Positions 28,452 to 42,716 of a DNA stretch of 64,000 bases are shown in pieces. How positions within the stretch are numbered: position 1 is the stretch's first letter; each line of letters opens with the position of its first letter. Under the pieces are notes generated by a model. That model searched no databases and was not told the origin of the DNA. It saw only the letters and a program-made list of their open reading frames with translations. Both the position numbers and the translations under genes were made by a program. The DNA is taken from NCBI RefSeq assembly GCF_009914755.1, contig NC_060926.1. The stretch is one strand, 5' to 3'. The stretch comes from the human T2T-CHM13v2.0 reference genome, Homo sapiens.

Positions 28452-29628
28452 TAATTTTTAATATCTATTTATACCACATCCATACAAGAAGGAAATATGT
28501 TTGTCTTGTTGAAGTTATATTTCCAGTGCCTGAAACAATGGCTGGTACATGGGGAGTAGTTAATATTTGCTTATAGAATTCTAAATTATCATGTTATTAT
28601 GATTTAAAACAAACTAGCCTCATTATACATTTTGTGGACTCTTATTTATACTGATCTTATTATTTCTGTTTGATAGTTGCTAGCTATCTACAGCCAGTTA
28701 GTTTATGCATTAAAGAAAATGCCACTTTGTTGCTTAATTTACCAACGGCATGTGTAATAATGTGTTACTATAAAAACCATGGAAATGTTAGCAGGGCATC
28801 TTTGGTAGTATGTTCCAGTAATGAAATCACCTACTCATCTTTTTTTAGTTATAAGGCATTTTGTGTCTTTGAACACAGAGAATAAAAATAGGAAGTTTTC
28901 TGCTTCGTTGTGGTGTGTGGGTGGGTGGGCGTGTCTGTCTGTAGTAATGTTCCACTTTGTTGACAAGTGTACTCCATGTCCCATGTCCCTTTCCCTGAGT
29001 GAGAACATGACTTCCATTGTGGTGTGTTATGCATATCAAGCATATCATTTTAATGAAGTGAAAATAGGTTTTAAATTTTTTCATCAAGGAACTAGGCAGT
29101 TTTCAAAGATGATACTAAATTAATCGTCAGAAGTAGAAGGTTTGTTGCTTAAATTTTATGTTTTATATGAAAGCTGGACAAAACTGAGTAACACTATTTT
29201 TTTAACCTGTTTCAATCCCAAAGATAAATATATACTATTTTCTGTCCAGTGATAACTGGCTTGTTTTTCAGTAAGTGAGGTCATTAAAGCACCCAAAATG
29301 GTTCCGAATGCCAAGTTTCACACATGTCTCCTTCATTCTCAAGCTGTCATGTGGGCTAAAATCACACTTATCAAAGAAACACAATAATGACAGCTCAAAG
29401 GCTGATGCTGAGACTTGCAAGTAATTGAACCATTTAACCACCATGTACTTGCTCAGAATTTCTCCTCAGAAATGACCCTTTGCTAAAAGTCTGTTCTTGT
29501 AGCATGCTGAATTCATTGCCTTTTGGATAAGCTCCATATATTTTGAAACTTCTTCCAAAACTCAGACTATGTTCTCTTCCTGGTTTCCAATGTTAGGGTT
29601 TTCATCCAGGCACTGCCTTATTCTAAAG

Positions 29629-29812
29629 CAGTGGTTCTCAAACTTTAGCCTGCGTCAGACTTATCTGGAATGTTTGTTAAAAGACAGATTGCTGGGCCCC
29701 ATACCCAGTGTTGCTGATTCATTAGGTGTTTGATGGGGCTGAAGAATTTGCCCTTCAAAGATATCCCCACTGATACGGATGCAGTTGATCAAGCACCCAC
29801 CCTTTGAAAACT
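29629..29812. mobile_element. MER5A (hAT-Charlie MITE)
   Basis: cagtggttctcaaacttt...aaagacagattgctgggcccc...gctgattca. Confidence 0.85.
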
Positions 29813-30044
29813 CCTATCGTAAAGAGATGCCCTTGTTCATTACACCTGGCATTCCTCCCTGCCAAATTGTACAAAAATTGGTTTCCTCTTGGCCACCTGT
29901 CATCTCATCCTTCCATAATTCTTCTAGGCTGGTGCTATGTAGTAGAAATACTATGTGAGCCACACATGTAATTTTTTGTGTCTAGTAGCCACATTTTTAA
30001 AAAAGTAAAAATAAAGAGAAAAAATTAATTTTAAGAACACATTT

Positions 30045-30334
30045 GGCCAGGCGTGGTAGTTCATGCCTATGATTTCAGCACTTTGGGAAGCTGAGATGGG
30101 CCAATTGCTCGAATCCAGGAGTTCATGTTGCCTGAGCAACATGGCAAAATCTTGTCTCTACTAAAAATACAAAAAATTAGCCAGGTGTGGTGGCATATGC
30201 CTATAGTCCCAGCTACTCAGGAGGCTGAACTGGGAGGATCACCTGAGCCTGGGAGATCAAGGCTGCAGTAAGCCAAGATCACACCACAGCACTTCAACCC
30301 GGGCAACCAGAGTAATACCTTATCTCAAAAAAAA
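30045..30334 (+). mobile_element. AluJ inside MER33
   Basis: gggaggatcacctgagcctgggagatcaaggctgcagt right arm; tail decays into TA-rich sequence. Confidence 0.92.
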
Positions 30335-30520
30335 TTATATATATATACACACACATATATAATTTTATATATATAATTTTTCATATAATTTTATGTATAT
30401 ATCTAAACTTAATATATCAAAAATATTTTCAACATGTAATTGATATAAAAAATTAATGAGCTATTTTACATTCTTTTTGTCTTATGTTCAAAGCACACTA
30501 AGTCTTTGAAATCTGATGTG

Positions 30521-32162
30521 TTTTTCTTTTTTTAATTTTTAAAGGTCTGTGGTACATGTACAGGCAGAATATGCAGGTTTGTTACATAGGTAAACATATG
30601 CCATAATGATTTGCTGCACCTATCAACTCATCACCCAGGTATTAAGCCCAGTATTTATTAGCTATTTTTTCTGATGCTCTCCCTCCCCCAACTACACCCC
30701 TCAACAGGCCCCAGTGTGTGTTGTTCCCCTCCATGTGTTCTCATTGTTCAGCTCCCACTTATAAGTGAGAACATGCAGTGTTTGGTTTTCTGTTCCCGTG
30801 TTAGTTTGCTGAGGATAATGGCTTCCAGCTCTATCCATCTCCCTGCAAAAGACGTGATGTCATTCCATTTAATGGCTGCATAGTATTCCATTGTGTATAT
30901 GTACCATATTTTCTTTATCCAATCTATCATTGATAGGCATTTAGGTTGATTCCCTATCTTTGCTATCGTGAATAGTGCTGCAATGAACATACGCATGCAT
31001 GTATCTTTGTAACAGAATGATTTACATTATTTGGGTATATACCCAGTAATGGGATTGCTGGGCCAAATGGTATTTCTGGTTCTAGATCTTTGAGGAATCA
31101 GCACACCGTCTTCCACAGTGGTCAAACTTATTTACATTTCCACCAACAGAAGTAAAACTGTTCCTATCTCACCAGCATCTTTTTAATAATTGACTTTTTA
31201 ATAATTGCCATTCTGACTGGCATGAGATGGTTGGCATCTCATTGTGGTTTTGACTTGCATTTCTTTAACTATCAGTGATGTTGAGCTTTTCTCTGCATAT
31301 CTTCTTTTGAGAAGTGTCTGTTCACGTCCTTTGCCCACTTTTTAATGGGGTTGTTTTTTCTGGTGAATTTAACTTCCTTGTAGATTCTGGACATTAGACC
31401 TTTGTCCAATGAGTAGATTGCAAAAATTTTCTTCCACTCTGTAGGTTGCCTGTTTGCTCTGATGATAGTTTTGCTGTACAGAAGATCTTTAATTTAATTA
31501 GATCCCATTTGTCAATTTTGGCTTTTGTTGAAACTGCTTTTGATTATTTTGTCATGAAATCTTTCCCTTGCCTGCATCCTGAATGGTGTTGCCTATATTT
31601 TCTTCTAGGATTTTTATGGTTTTGGGTTTTACATTTAATTCTTTAATCCATCTTGAGTTAATTTTTCTATAGGTGTAAGGAAGGGGTCCAGTTTCAATTT
31701 TCTGCATGTGGCTAGCCAATTCTCTCAGCACCATTTATTAAATATGGAATCCTTTCCCCATTACTTGTTTTTGTAAGGTTTGTAAAAGATCAAGTGGTTG
31801 TAGGCCGGGTGCGGTGGTGCACGCCTGTAATCCCAGCACTTTGGGAGGCTGAGGCAGGTGGATCACGAGGTCAGGAGATCAAGACCATCCTGGCTAACAC
31901 GGTGAAACCCCATCTCTACTAAAAATACAAAAAATTAGCCAGGTATGGTGGCAGGTGCCTGTATTCCCAGCTACTCAGGAGGCTGAGGCAGGAGAATGGC
32001 ATGAACCCAGGAGGCAGAGCTTGCAATGAGCCGAGATCCTGCCACTGCACTCCAGCCTGGGTGACACAGCGAGACTCCGTCTCAAAAAAAAAAAAAAAAA
32101 AAAAGAAATCAAGTGGTTCTAAATGTGAAGCCTTATTTCTGAGTTCTCTAATCTGTTCCATT
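30521..32162 (-). mobile_element. L1PA8-10-like 3' segment (ORF2 end plus 3'UTR), interrupted by AluY
   Basis: The antisense ORF 30748-30996 MRMFIAALFTIAK...WYIYTMEYYAAIK is the L1 ORF2p C-terminus; 3'UTR motif ggtattaagcccag. Confidence 0.92.
31803..32105 (+). mobile_element. AluY inside the L1
   Basis: Diagnostics gagatcaagaccatcctggctaacacgg, gaatggcatgaaccc and gagcttgca; long A tail; TSD ATCAAGTGGTT(G/C)TA. Confidence 0.96.
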
Positions 32163-32991
32163 AACATCCCTTCATGTTAAAAATCTCAATAAACCAGGTA
32201 TTGAAGGAACATACCTCAAAATAATAAAAGCCATTTATGACAAACCCACAGCCAATATTACACTAAATGGGCAAAAGCTGGAAGCACTCCCCTTGAAAAC
32301 CAGTACAAGACAAGGATGACCTCTCCCACCACTCCTATTTAAGATAGTATTAGAAGTTCTGGCCAGGGAACTCTGACAAGAGAAAGAAATAAAGTGTATT
32401 CAAATAGCAAGAGAGGAAGTCAAATTGTCTTTGTTCACTGATGACATGATCCTATATCTAAGAAAACCCCACTGTCTCAGCCCAAAAGCTTAAGCTGATG
32501 AACAACTAAAATCAACGTGTAGAAGTCACAGGCATTCCTATACACCAACAACAGACAAGCAGAGAGCCAAATCATGAATGAACTCCCATTCACAATTGCC
32601 ACAACGAGAATAAAATACCTAGAAATACAGCTAACAAGGGAAGTGAAGGATCTCTTGAAGGAGAACCACAAAATACTCCTCAGAGAAATCAGAGAGGACA
32701 CAAACAAATGAGAAAACATTCCATGCCCATGGATAGGAAGAATCAATATTGTGAAAATGGCCACACTACCTAAAGTAATCTATAGATTCAATGCTATACC
32801 CATTAAACAACCATTAACATGCTTCACAGAATTAGAAGAAACTATTTTAAAATTCATATGGAATCATAAAAGAGCTCATATAGGGAAGACAATCCTAAAC
32901 AAAAAGAACAAAGCTGGAGGCATCACACTGCTGGACTTCAAACTATACTACAAGGCAACAGTAACCAAAACAGCATGGTACTGGTACAAAA
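32163..32991 (+). mobile_element. Inverted 5' segment of the same L1 (ORF2 RT region)
   Basis: Sense ORF2 with degraded FTDDMILYL and [14 protein letters not shown]...[14 protein letters not shown]. Confidence 0.92.
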
Positions 32992-35900
32992 ATTGATGTT
33001 TTTTTTTTATATTTCCAGCACATCTCAGGTTAGACGGGCCACATTTCAAATTCTCCACAGCCACACATGGTAGTGGCTACTGAATAGGCAGCACAGCACT
33101 AGAACTTTATTGTCAAAGAAACGGGGAGTATTGAAGGCTTTGTTTGGCCTTCCTGTGACTTTCAGCACATTTCCTCTTCTAAGATGTGCCTGGTTGCCAA
33201 ATACATTATCATTTTAATAATAGATTGTAAGGAAAGAAAGGAAGCACTACAACATTAAATGTATGCATTGATTTAAAAATGCATGCCAATATCAGAATTT
33301 CTTTATTTTTATGCCCCAAACCAAATATATGTCATGATGCCCTATTTTGGTGCAGTTTTTAATTTGTTTTTTCTGCTGCCCCTTTATCCTACACATCTCC
33401 TCCCTCATCAGTAGCCCCTTTCCCTAGCAAGACAGTGTTACCAACATTGGTATTCATGCTTCTTTAGCTTCTTTGTTTTCCTTCCATCCTCATATAATCC
33501 TATACAAATATGCACCAAAGTTTGTCTACATTTGTTTTACTAAAATAGGATCCTATTATACCCACTTATCTGCATAATCACTTTCTTATTCAACAATAAC
33601 TCATGGAAATCCCTGCAAGTCAGCTGGAAGTTGTACTTCATTCTTTCTAGTGACTGCAGAAGAGTCCATGGAGAAGGGTACCATAATTCAGTATTTCTGT
33701 GACTGGCAGGCATTCACATTTTTTCTCAGTTTTTTAAGCAATAAGAAAAAAAACTTCAAAGACCACTCTACATAAATAGATTGAAAGATAGATATTTAGA
33801 TAAATATCTTTGCCTACTCTTTTATTGAGCTTGCAACCTCTTTGTTATCCCTTAACTTAGACTTTCTCCCATCACATCTGGGCCCTTTATTTTCAACCAA
33901 TGAAAGCACTTACCATTAGCAATCACAGCAAACCATTTTCATTTTCTTAATGACTCCCTCCTCAGTCAACAACTGAAACAGACTAATATACCTCCCCTGA
34001 CCCTACCTAATGATGTGCTGTCTATTCAGATGTTTTCATTCGTCCTGCTTCTTGCAGACAGAAAATCCACATAGAAAAGATTTCACTGCTATATGCCCTC
34101 TCACTGTGCAAAAACTATTCATGACATGAACAAGATTAATTTCTTCATTGATGTCTTGACATTTTTTTAATAAACATTAGAAATCAAAGGACCTGGATTC
34201 TATAAAGTAGTACAGACTGTAACTCAGGTAATAACAATAAGTAGAATCATAAATAGCAACAACTTAACATTTTTTTGTGCCCTACTGTGTGACAGGAACT
34301 GTTCTAAGTGCTTTGCATATGTGAATTCATTTGTTCCTTCAAAAAGGAAGGAAACTGTAAAGTACGTTCTCTTATCACTTTATTATTATTCCCACTTTTT
34401 GACTGCTGACATTGGGTTCATGCAGCCAGTAAATGGTAGGAGCAGAACTGAAACGTGGACAGTCTGGCTCCAGGGTCCTAATTTTATCCTTTTACTCCTA
34501 TCTCTTTGAACCACAGTGTTCTCAGCTGTAAAATGGGTGTTACAGGAACGATACAACCTACTTTTAGGATTGCTGAGAAGAAATAGGACAGTGATTTGAA
34601 AATCATTAAAAGATCTAACAAGGTGGGGTTAGTCTTGTTTCAGCTTGGGAAGTTTGGCTGAGAGATTATTCCATCATTCAAAGCAAAAACTAAGCAGATT
34701 AAATGTTTTATAACACAGCAAATCAAACCATTTTCTGACCACAAACATCCTCCTGAATGTGAGACTAGACAGCTACAGCTGGCAAACGTAGGACCCGAAC
34801 TATGCCAGGTTCTCAGAGCCTGCGAATTTTCCTGAAATTAGGAAAAGAGCAGCCAACCTTTACTTCTATTGTGCAGCTTGACCACGTCCTTCCTCTCTTC
34901 ACGCCAGCCCTTGCATTTTACTTAATTGGAACACCAGGCTATAAATCTTACATACTTAAGGGCCAGAAAACTCTCTAGAGCTCTCAGACTGAAATTTGTG
35001 TGGGAGTTCAGCAATACTGAATTTTCAAATAAAATGATTAACAGGCACCTTTAAGGCAGCCTTAGAGAAAACAATATTTCCTGTATCTTGCCACCTTAAT
35101 CTAAGGAAGCTGTTTGTTTTTAGGTCTAATAAAAAGGGTTTGGAAGTAACACAGGGATGAGTGAGTAAAATCAGATAGAGGCCCTCTACTCTTTGGTCTG
35201 GAAGCTCCCTCCAGCAATAGCAATCTCATCACCACGCTCTTCCCAGGCACCAAAAGGGCATCAGAGCATGATACTAGAAGGTTTAAGGCACTTAGTACAA
35301 TTTTAACTGCAATCAGCTCTAATGACTGGTTTTTAGAAACATTTTTTCTAATATTTTAATAGATGAAAATGGCTACACCTGATCAGAAATCCTATTTGAT
35401 TTTTCATAGCACAATAGCATCTATCAGACTGCACCAAGCAGAGAATTAAAATCATTGAAGAGAAAGGGCATAATCCAACTCAATTCAACCCCACAGACTA
35501 AGGCCTACAAGCCTACTATTAGCTGAAACAATGATTTAGATGCTCTGCCAAATAAATATAGGATGTTTATGGCTTTACACAATAGGAACCTGCCTCATTT
35601 ATGCATCAGAAAGATCATTTACAGCCAATTTCTAAAAGACACTAAGTGTCAATAATAAATTTTCAAATCAAGGCCAAAAATTGCTATACTCAAAAGAGGA
35701 GCATTAGGCAATATGAAGTTGTTTCCAAGGAGGATTTAAAATCATAAAAGATCAATAAAGTGGTCCTGACCAGCCTGGCTTTCCTAGTCTCTGGGAAGTA
35801 GGAGTCTCAGCTTTAAAAAGGATCTAGGTCGACAAACAACAGAGCAGGGTATCTAGTACTGAAAGATCAGATCTCTGTAACAACCTGGCTGCCTTCCAGG

Positions 35901-36070
35901 ATAATTGCTAGAACCACATTGCCTTCCTGGCCATATGTGCTTCACAGGAGCAAATCTTGCTTTGCAGTTTAGAGAAGAGATTGAATAGAGCTACTCGAGA
36001 GGCTGTTTCTCTGCCCCACATGGGGATTTTGTAGCTGGACTTTCCCCTATCATCCATTCACCCCTTCATC

Positions 36071-36074
<4 letters not shown>

Positions 36075-36126
<52 letters not shown>
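36075..36126 (+). repeat. Compound (CA)n(GA)n microsatellite
   Basis: Directly visible. Confidence 0.95.
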
Positions 36127-36924
36127 TAATTAAAACATCATAGCCTTTTACCTCTGCTACAGCAGCATCATCCCAGGTGCTATCAAAACTTGGAGGAAAT
36201 GAAAAGTAGTTCTAACTCACAGAAAGATGGACTTCTGGGATGGAGCACAGAAAAAAATGGTGCTGTATCCCACCCCACACACTTATTAACTGTGTGACTC
36301 TGAGAAAGCCACTTGACATTTCTATGTTTTATTGTCTCACCTGTAAAACAGAAAAAATAATACTCATGAGGAGAAAATAAGGCCATGTATAAAAAGCTCT
36401 TGAAAAGAATCTTCAAAGTGTTAACCAAATTGCATGTTATCAACTAAGTCTGGATTTTGTATGAGCTTCCTACAAGAGAAAACTGGGGAGTCAGGAATAG
36501 GAAAATATATGATTATGAAGTAAATATTAGCACATAAATTCTCTGAAGTACTCAACCGAGGAAACGGAATGTGAGGGCTGAAATTTAAACTCTCTTATTG
36601 TTTAGTTCTCTGCCCTTTAACAAGTCCCTTAATTTCTCTGAGCTTTACTTTCCTCACCTGTGAAAGGAGATCATGATAACCACTTTTTAGCAATATAGTG
36701 AATATGTTCTATAAACATTAGTTTCCCACTCTGGATCTAGGACCTTGACTATGTGTCATTTTTATCTCCTCCATGACTTGAAATGGTCCTGTTAATTTGT
36801 TTTTGTGCATTTTGCCTGATTTACCCCATTTAAATGTCAACTCCCTGAAGGCAAAAACTCTTATTCATTGCCACATCACTACTGCTTCTAGAAGTCTTGT
36901 TTGGAATAAGTATTTATATTATTA

Positions 36925-37232
36925 TGTATTAGTCTGTTCTCACACTGCTAATAAAGACATACCGGAGACTAGGTAATGTAAAAAGGAAAGAGGTTTAATG
37001 GATTCACAGTTCCACATGGCTGGGGAGGCCTCACAATCATGGCAGAAGGTGAAAGAGGAGCAAAGTCACATTTTACATGGCAGCCAGCAAGAGAGCTTGT
37101 GTAGGGGAACTCCCTTTTTTAAAACCATGAGATCCCATGAGACTTATTCACTATCACAAGAACAGCACAGGAAAGACCCATTCCCATGATTTGATTACCT
37201 CCCATGTGGTCCCTTTCACAACAGGTGATTAT
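36925..37232 (-). mobile_element. THE1 LTR, truncated, abutting an MLT-like fragment
   Basis: tgtattagtctgttctcacactgctaataaagacatacc start; the ...ccaaaccatatca terminus is absent. Confidence 0.88.
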
Positions 37233-37919
37233 GTTGCCTCCAGGCTTGGTTGTCTTGGCTATTCTGAATATTCTGTGGCTACAACTTCCTTTAATAAGTG
37301 TATTTTCTGCTTAAATTATCCAGGGTTGGTTTTGTTGCTTAATAGATAGGATCCTCCTCTTCTCCCAACAGCCTGGTATCTTAATCCTATTGCATGTGAC
37401 CCTGGTCTCCTAAGGGACCCCAACTGTGTTGTCCTCCTAGAAATTACCTCCACCCTCCAGCCCTTTTCTTCTCCCTCCCCCAGATCAAACTGCACATTTT
37501 TTCTAGGGGCTTTTCCCTTAGGACTTTACTCTTTATAAAGGATAATCTCATAAACTAATTCAAGGCAATGTGCTAATTGCTGACACTAATTTGATATTAC
37601 TCCAGCATTTCAGTAGATACTTCCAATGCCTCAAAGCAAAGGAGAAAGGAATGTGTTTTCATTACCATCACACAGTTCCAGGGCCTGTGAGGGCTCTAGT
37701 CTTTGTCTGCAATCTTAAGAGCCCTGCATCCATCAAGGCAGCTCCTGTCTATTTCATCCATGAGTGCTCTGTGGACCAATCATATAGCAACCATGGTGCA
37801 GTTAATGAAATCAATGTCTGTATTTCATGGTAACACACACACACAGACACACACACACACACCCCTACATAAAATCCTTCAGTGACTTCCCAATGCTTTA
37901 TCATGGCCAACAAGGCCCC

Positions 37920-38125
37920 CAGTCTAGTGGATGTGTCCAAAAGTATTTAACAATTGGCTAGAGGAAGAAACCCTAATTTTAGCATTTTCTGATTTGGGTG
38001 ACATAAAAACACCCACCATGGCCAGTTTCAAGCTATCAAAATAGTGTCAATGACGTTATAAGATTCCTGAAGAGTTAACTATTTGCTCTCGCAAGCCAAT
38101 ATGAGGCACCAGCTCCAGTACATAA
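37920..38125. mobile_element. MER112-like hAT fossil
   Basis: cccaccatggccagtttcaagcta...ttcctgaa...ctctcgcaagcc...ccagctccag. Confidence 0.55.
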
Positions 38126-38880
38126 CTGTCCCAACTTGTCTTCCTGGCCACTTCACTGACATCATCATGTTATGCCTCACTCATCACTTCAACCCCATTA
38201 GCCTTCTACAGCCACTCAATGGCTCCTCATCTGCACCCCGACACACACCCAGCCTTTCCATAGTCTAGGTCAGGCTCTCTGCTACAACCTTCCACAGCTC
38301 TGTGATCCTCTCCTTTAGAGCACTTACTTCAGGTTATATATTTACTCCCCTTAATGCAATCATGTGATGTTTAATGCTTAACATCGTAAGTAAACACAGA
38401 CTGGAAGAGGTGTAACCAGGGTGGCTATCAACTTCCTTTTCCATCCAATTTTTATGCACCTTTTTATGGGGAAATTTCAGGGCTTACCAGGAAAAAAAAA
38501 CTGCTCAGCTCTTAATACCACAAATATGACAGAGACCCTTCAATTTTCTGCTGGTTTTGTAGAATCCTGGATGATTGAAACTGGAAAAGATCATTTTAAA
38601 TGCTTTTTCTCTGATTACTAGATACACTGGAAGGTGCTTTATGGTCTATCTTGAGGAGGTTGAGGTGAGAAGATGGAATAAAAAGGGGCTGAAAGGATAG
38701 AGCCCTGGGCTCTCCACAGCCACCTCACCAGAGCAACTCTGCTGTTATATATTTCTCATATTGTTCTTCCTTGTAAGATTTCTTTTGAATGATTCCTACT
38801 GTGGAAAAATGTTTACCAACCAGTTTTCATTTTATAGATGTGCAAAATATGTGCTCAAAGAAAAACAGAATGTGGAAAAT

Positions 38881-39171
38881 TATTATTATTCGAGATAGGG
38901 TCTCACTTTGTCACCCAAGCTGGAATGCCATGGCGTGATCTTAATTCACTGTAGCCTCAACTTCCTGGGCTCAAGAGATCCTTCTGCCTCAGCCTCCCAA
39001 GTAGCTGGGACTGCAGGGGTGCACCACCATGCCCAGCTAATTCTTTGCATTTTTCATAGTGATGGGGTTTTGCCATGTTGCCCAGGCTGGTCTCAAACTC
39101 CAGCTCAAGCAATCCACCCACCTTGACCTCCTAAAGTGCTGGGATTACAGGCGTGAGCCACCATGCCCGGC
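38881..39171 (-). mobile_element. AluJ
   Basis: Antisense Alu with a (TAT)n tail; TSD GGAAAATTA. Confidence 0.93.
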
Positions 39172-40225
39172 AGGGAAAATTACTTAGGTGTTTCATTTAA
39201 AAAAAAAAAGTTTTCATGTGTGAATTTTCCTACCTTTTCCTCTTTGCTCCTAGCTCCAACTCCCAGTAAAAGATTCCATCTCCAATTTTATCACATTTTC
39301 ACAAATATGAATCCTGAGACTAGACCACTTAGGCCCCCATTTGTGTGGGGGTTACAGAGCACTTGAGCTGATAAGTCATAGAACCTCCCAGGTCTCCTGA
39401 GTTATGGGCCACTTTAATTCTGCTTTTTGGTTGGTCTATGTCCAGCAGCAGTGAGAACTTCACTGCTGTCAAAAGGGAAGTCTAACTGCCCAAGCATCTT
39501 CTCCAAGAGAAATTTCCTTTAGTTTTAAAATAAATTATGTTTTCTGAAGACTATATAAATACACAATATAAAACCAGTAAACCTGATAAAGACCTATAGA
39601 AAAACAATCTCACTTGTTTCTAGCCACATCAAATTTCTTGCCTCAGTATGCAAACACAAAAACCAACTAGACTTCTAAATTCTGATCAGAAGCTCAGGAT
39701 CCGGGCAAAGGAATACAGTAATGCACTCCTAGCTACCTGTCTCTTTTCCTGGGCTATTAGAAGCATCCTCTATTTCAGAGAGATATGAATTCATATCCCA
39801 TTGATGCCATTTCCTGGATGTGTGATTTCTGGCAAGTTACTTTTTATCTGTGAGGTTCAGTGTCCTGAAGATAAGAACATGCACTTTTTATGTGGTTTGT
39901 TGTAATAATTAAACGAGACAAATTCCTGGCTTGAAGTAAATGTTCAAGAAATTATCACCATGTGTTTTCATTCATTATCAAATACTCCTATATATTTAAT
40001 ACTAACACTAGGCTTGATATATAAAGCCTGATTCCTAAGTTCAGAAAATAAGTTCACTTCCAATATATAATTAGTTTATACTATTTCATTCAGTTAAACA
40101 AATTTATACTTTCCTAATATTTGTCAGACACAGTAGTAGACCTGGACCATAAGAAATAACAAACCTTCAGTTCCTGTCTTCAAGGATCTGACAACTTAAA
40201 CCATACCTGACAGATAAGACCGATA

Positions 40226-40591
<366 letters not shown>

Positions 40592-41740
40592 TACCTCCTA
40601 TATTCTTAAAGATCACTAAAAGAGAGGCCCTCACCACATTGCTGGCAACTACTACATTCAGTTCTCAGTCCTCTGAAGAATTCACATGATGTGTAAGTGT
40701 GTTCAATTCATTGAGAATCAATATGTCTCCATTTTCTCTTATTCTAGACCCCAGAAGGAGGAGAGAACAGTTGTTCACCATTTTTTACATAATAAGCCTT
40801 CATTCTTTGAGAGTTATTGAGTTATTCCTCCATCTTCTCTTTCTAGATTAAATAATTCCAATCCCCTTAACCTTTTCTCAGAGGTCCTATTTGCCAGCCT
40901 TCAGTTTAATCATTTTCATTGCTCCCCTCTGGAGTCTCTCCAAATCCTCTGCATTAAAATACGTTGCTTTGCCATTGAATTCACTCTTTTAAGAAACGTA
41001 TTCCCTTATTTCGACCAAGACAAAAAGAAATCAGTCCCCAAATACAAGGTAGACAGTAGATAGAAGGGTAGATTTCCTATGTAAAGAACTCATGGTGGGC
41101 TTTCATATGCTCAAATCAAATTTGCATTTACTGTCACCACTATTAAGGAAGAAGGGCTAAAACCAGAATCATTTTAAATAGTGCCAACCATTCTGCCTGA
41201 CAATTATCTAAATTACTTTTAAGCAGATAAGACTATTAACAGCAAACTTGAGACTTCTGTAGTTACACCTAAGGTTCTCAGACAGGTACTAATAAAAAAT
41301 CACTGTACTACTAAAGCTAATGAGATCAAACAGGAATTTTTGATTCTGTAAAATACCTCTGGCCATCAGGTAGAGGTAAGAGCTTACCATATGATTTACA
41401 GAAGTGCCTTTGGTTAGGCCTGGCACGTGCAAAGATCTTTCTTTGCATTCTGTCAATCAATATACAGTCATTAATATTTCTTGAGCTGAGAGTGCAGCAA
41501 ATTCTAAATGACTCTTAAGAAATGGTGTATAGAGGTTAGTCAAATACACACTGACCGTAGTACGATACCAGCATATGCAGAAAGGGGTGGATATGAAAAC
41601 CAGAGCTCTAGTAAAATATCCCTTCAGGATAAGCATAGAAATTTGTAAGAATTCTCTTTTCACAAAGATTCCTCCCTGCCTGTTTCTCTTATTGTGCCAC
41701 TGATATTACCCAGCCTCCCGTGAGCCAGTAGCATGTCTCT

Positions 41741-41790
41741 ACACATACACATACACACACACACACATACACACATACGCACGCTCACAC
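41741..41790 (+). repeat. Imperfect (CA)n
   Basis: Directly visible. Confidence 0.9.
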
Positions 41791-42316
41791 GGTTAAGATT
41801 CTTCTGACTGTCGAATATCCAAATCTTCTCAAGAAGCTGGGAAAACTCTTACTGGATAATATCTTGCCTGGTTCAGGGACTTCTTTTAAAACCACTATTT
41901 AGAATTTTATTTTCCCATGTGGAAAAGTTAAAAGTATACAATTGGGGTAAACAGACTTGGTTACAAGGGGACAGGTGGCAAGAGGAACCACTGCCTCCTC
42001 CGGTTTGACTCCAGGCAAATAGGTGGTAGTTCACTCTAGTATGATTATTAAAGCTAGGTTGGCCCTGGCAAGACCCTGTTTGGCCTAGAACTGGCTGGGC
42101 TGAGAGAGGTCTGTCAACAACGGCCCCAGGAGAATGAGCTACATTCTGGAAAAACCTCTCTGCCAAGTTCTCTGAAGACTCCCTCAGTTCTGAGTCCAGA
42201 ACAAATTCGTGGTTTAGTGTTGAATTTTCCCAGGGAGCTGTAGACCCAAAGGCAGTCCAATCTATCGAACAATGACTTAAATCCCAAGACCTATGGAATT
42301 AATATTGTAGCCCTTA

Positions 42317-42716
<400 letters not shown>

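Larger units (their letters stand above)
29929..33096. mobile_element. MER33 DNA transposon split into three pieces by Alu and L1 insertions
   Basis: Pieces at about 29929-30044, 30390-30520 and 33000-33096 (tagtagccacatt; aatgagctattttacattc...ctaagtctttgaaatc; cagcacatctca...gccacatttcaa...gtggctact). Confidence 0.8.
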
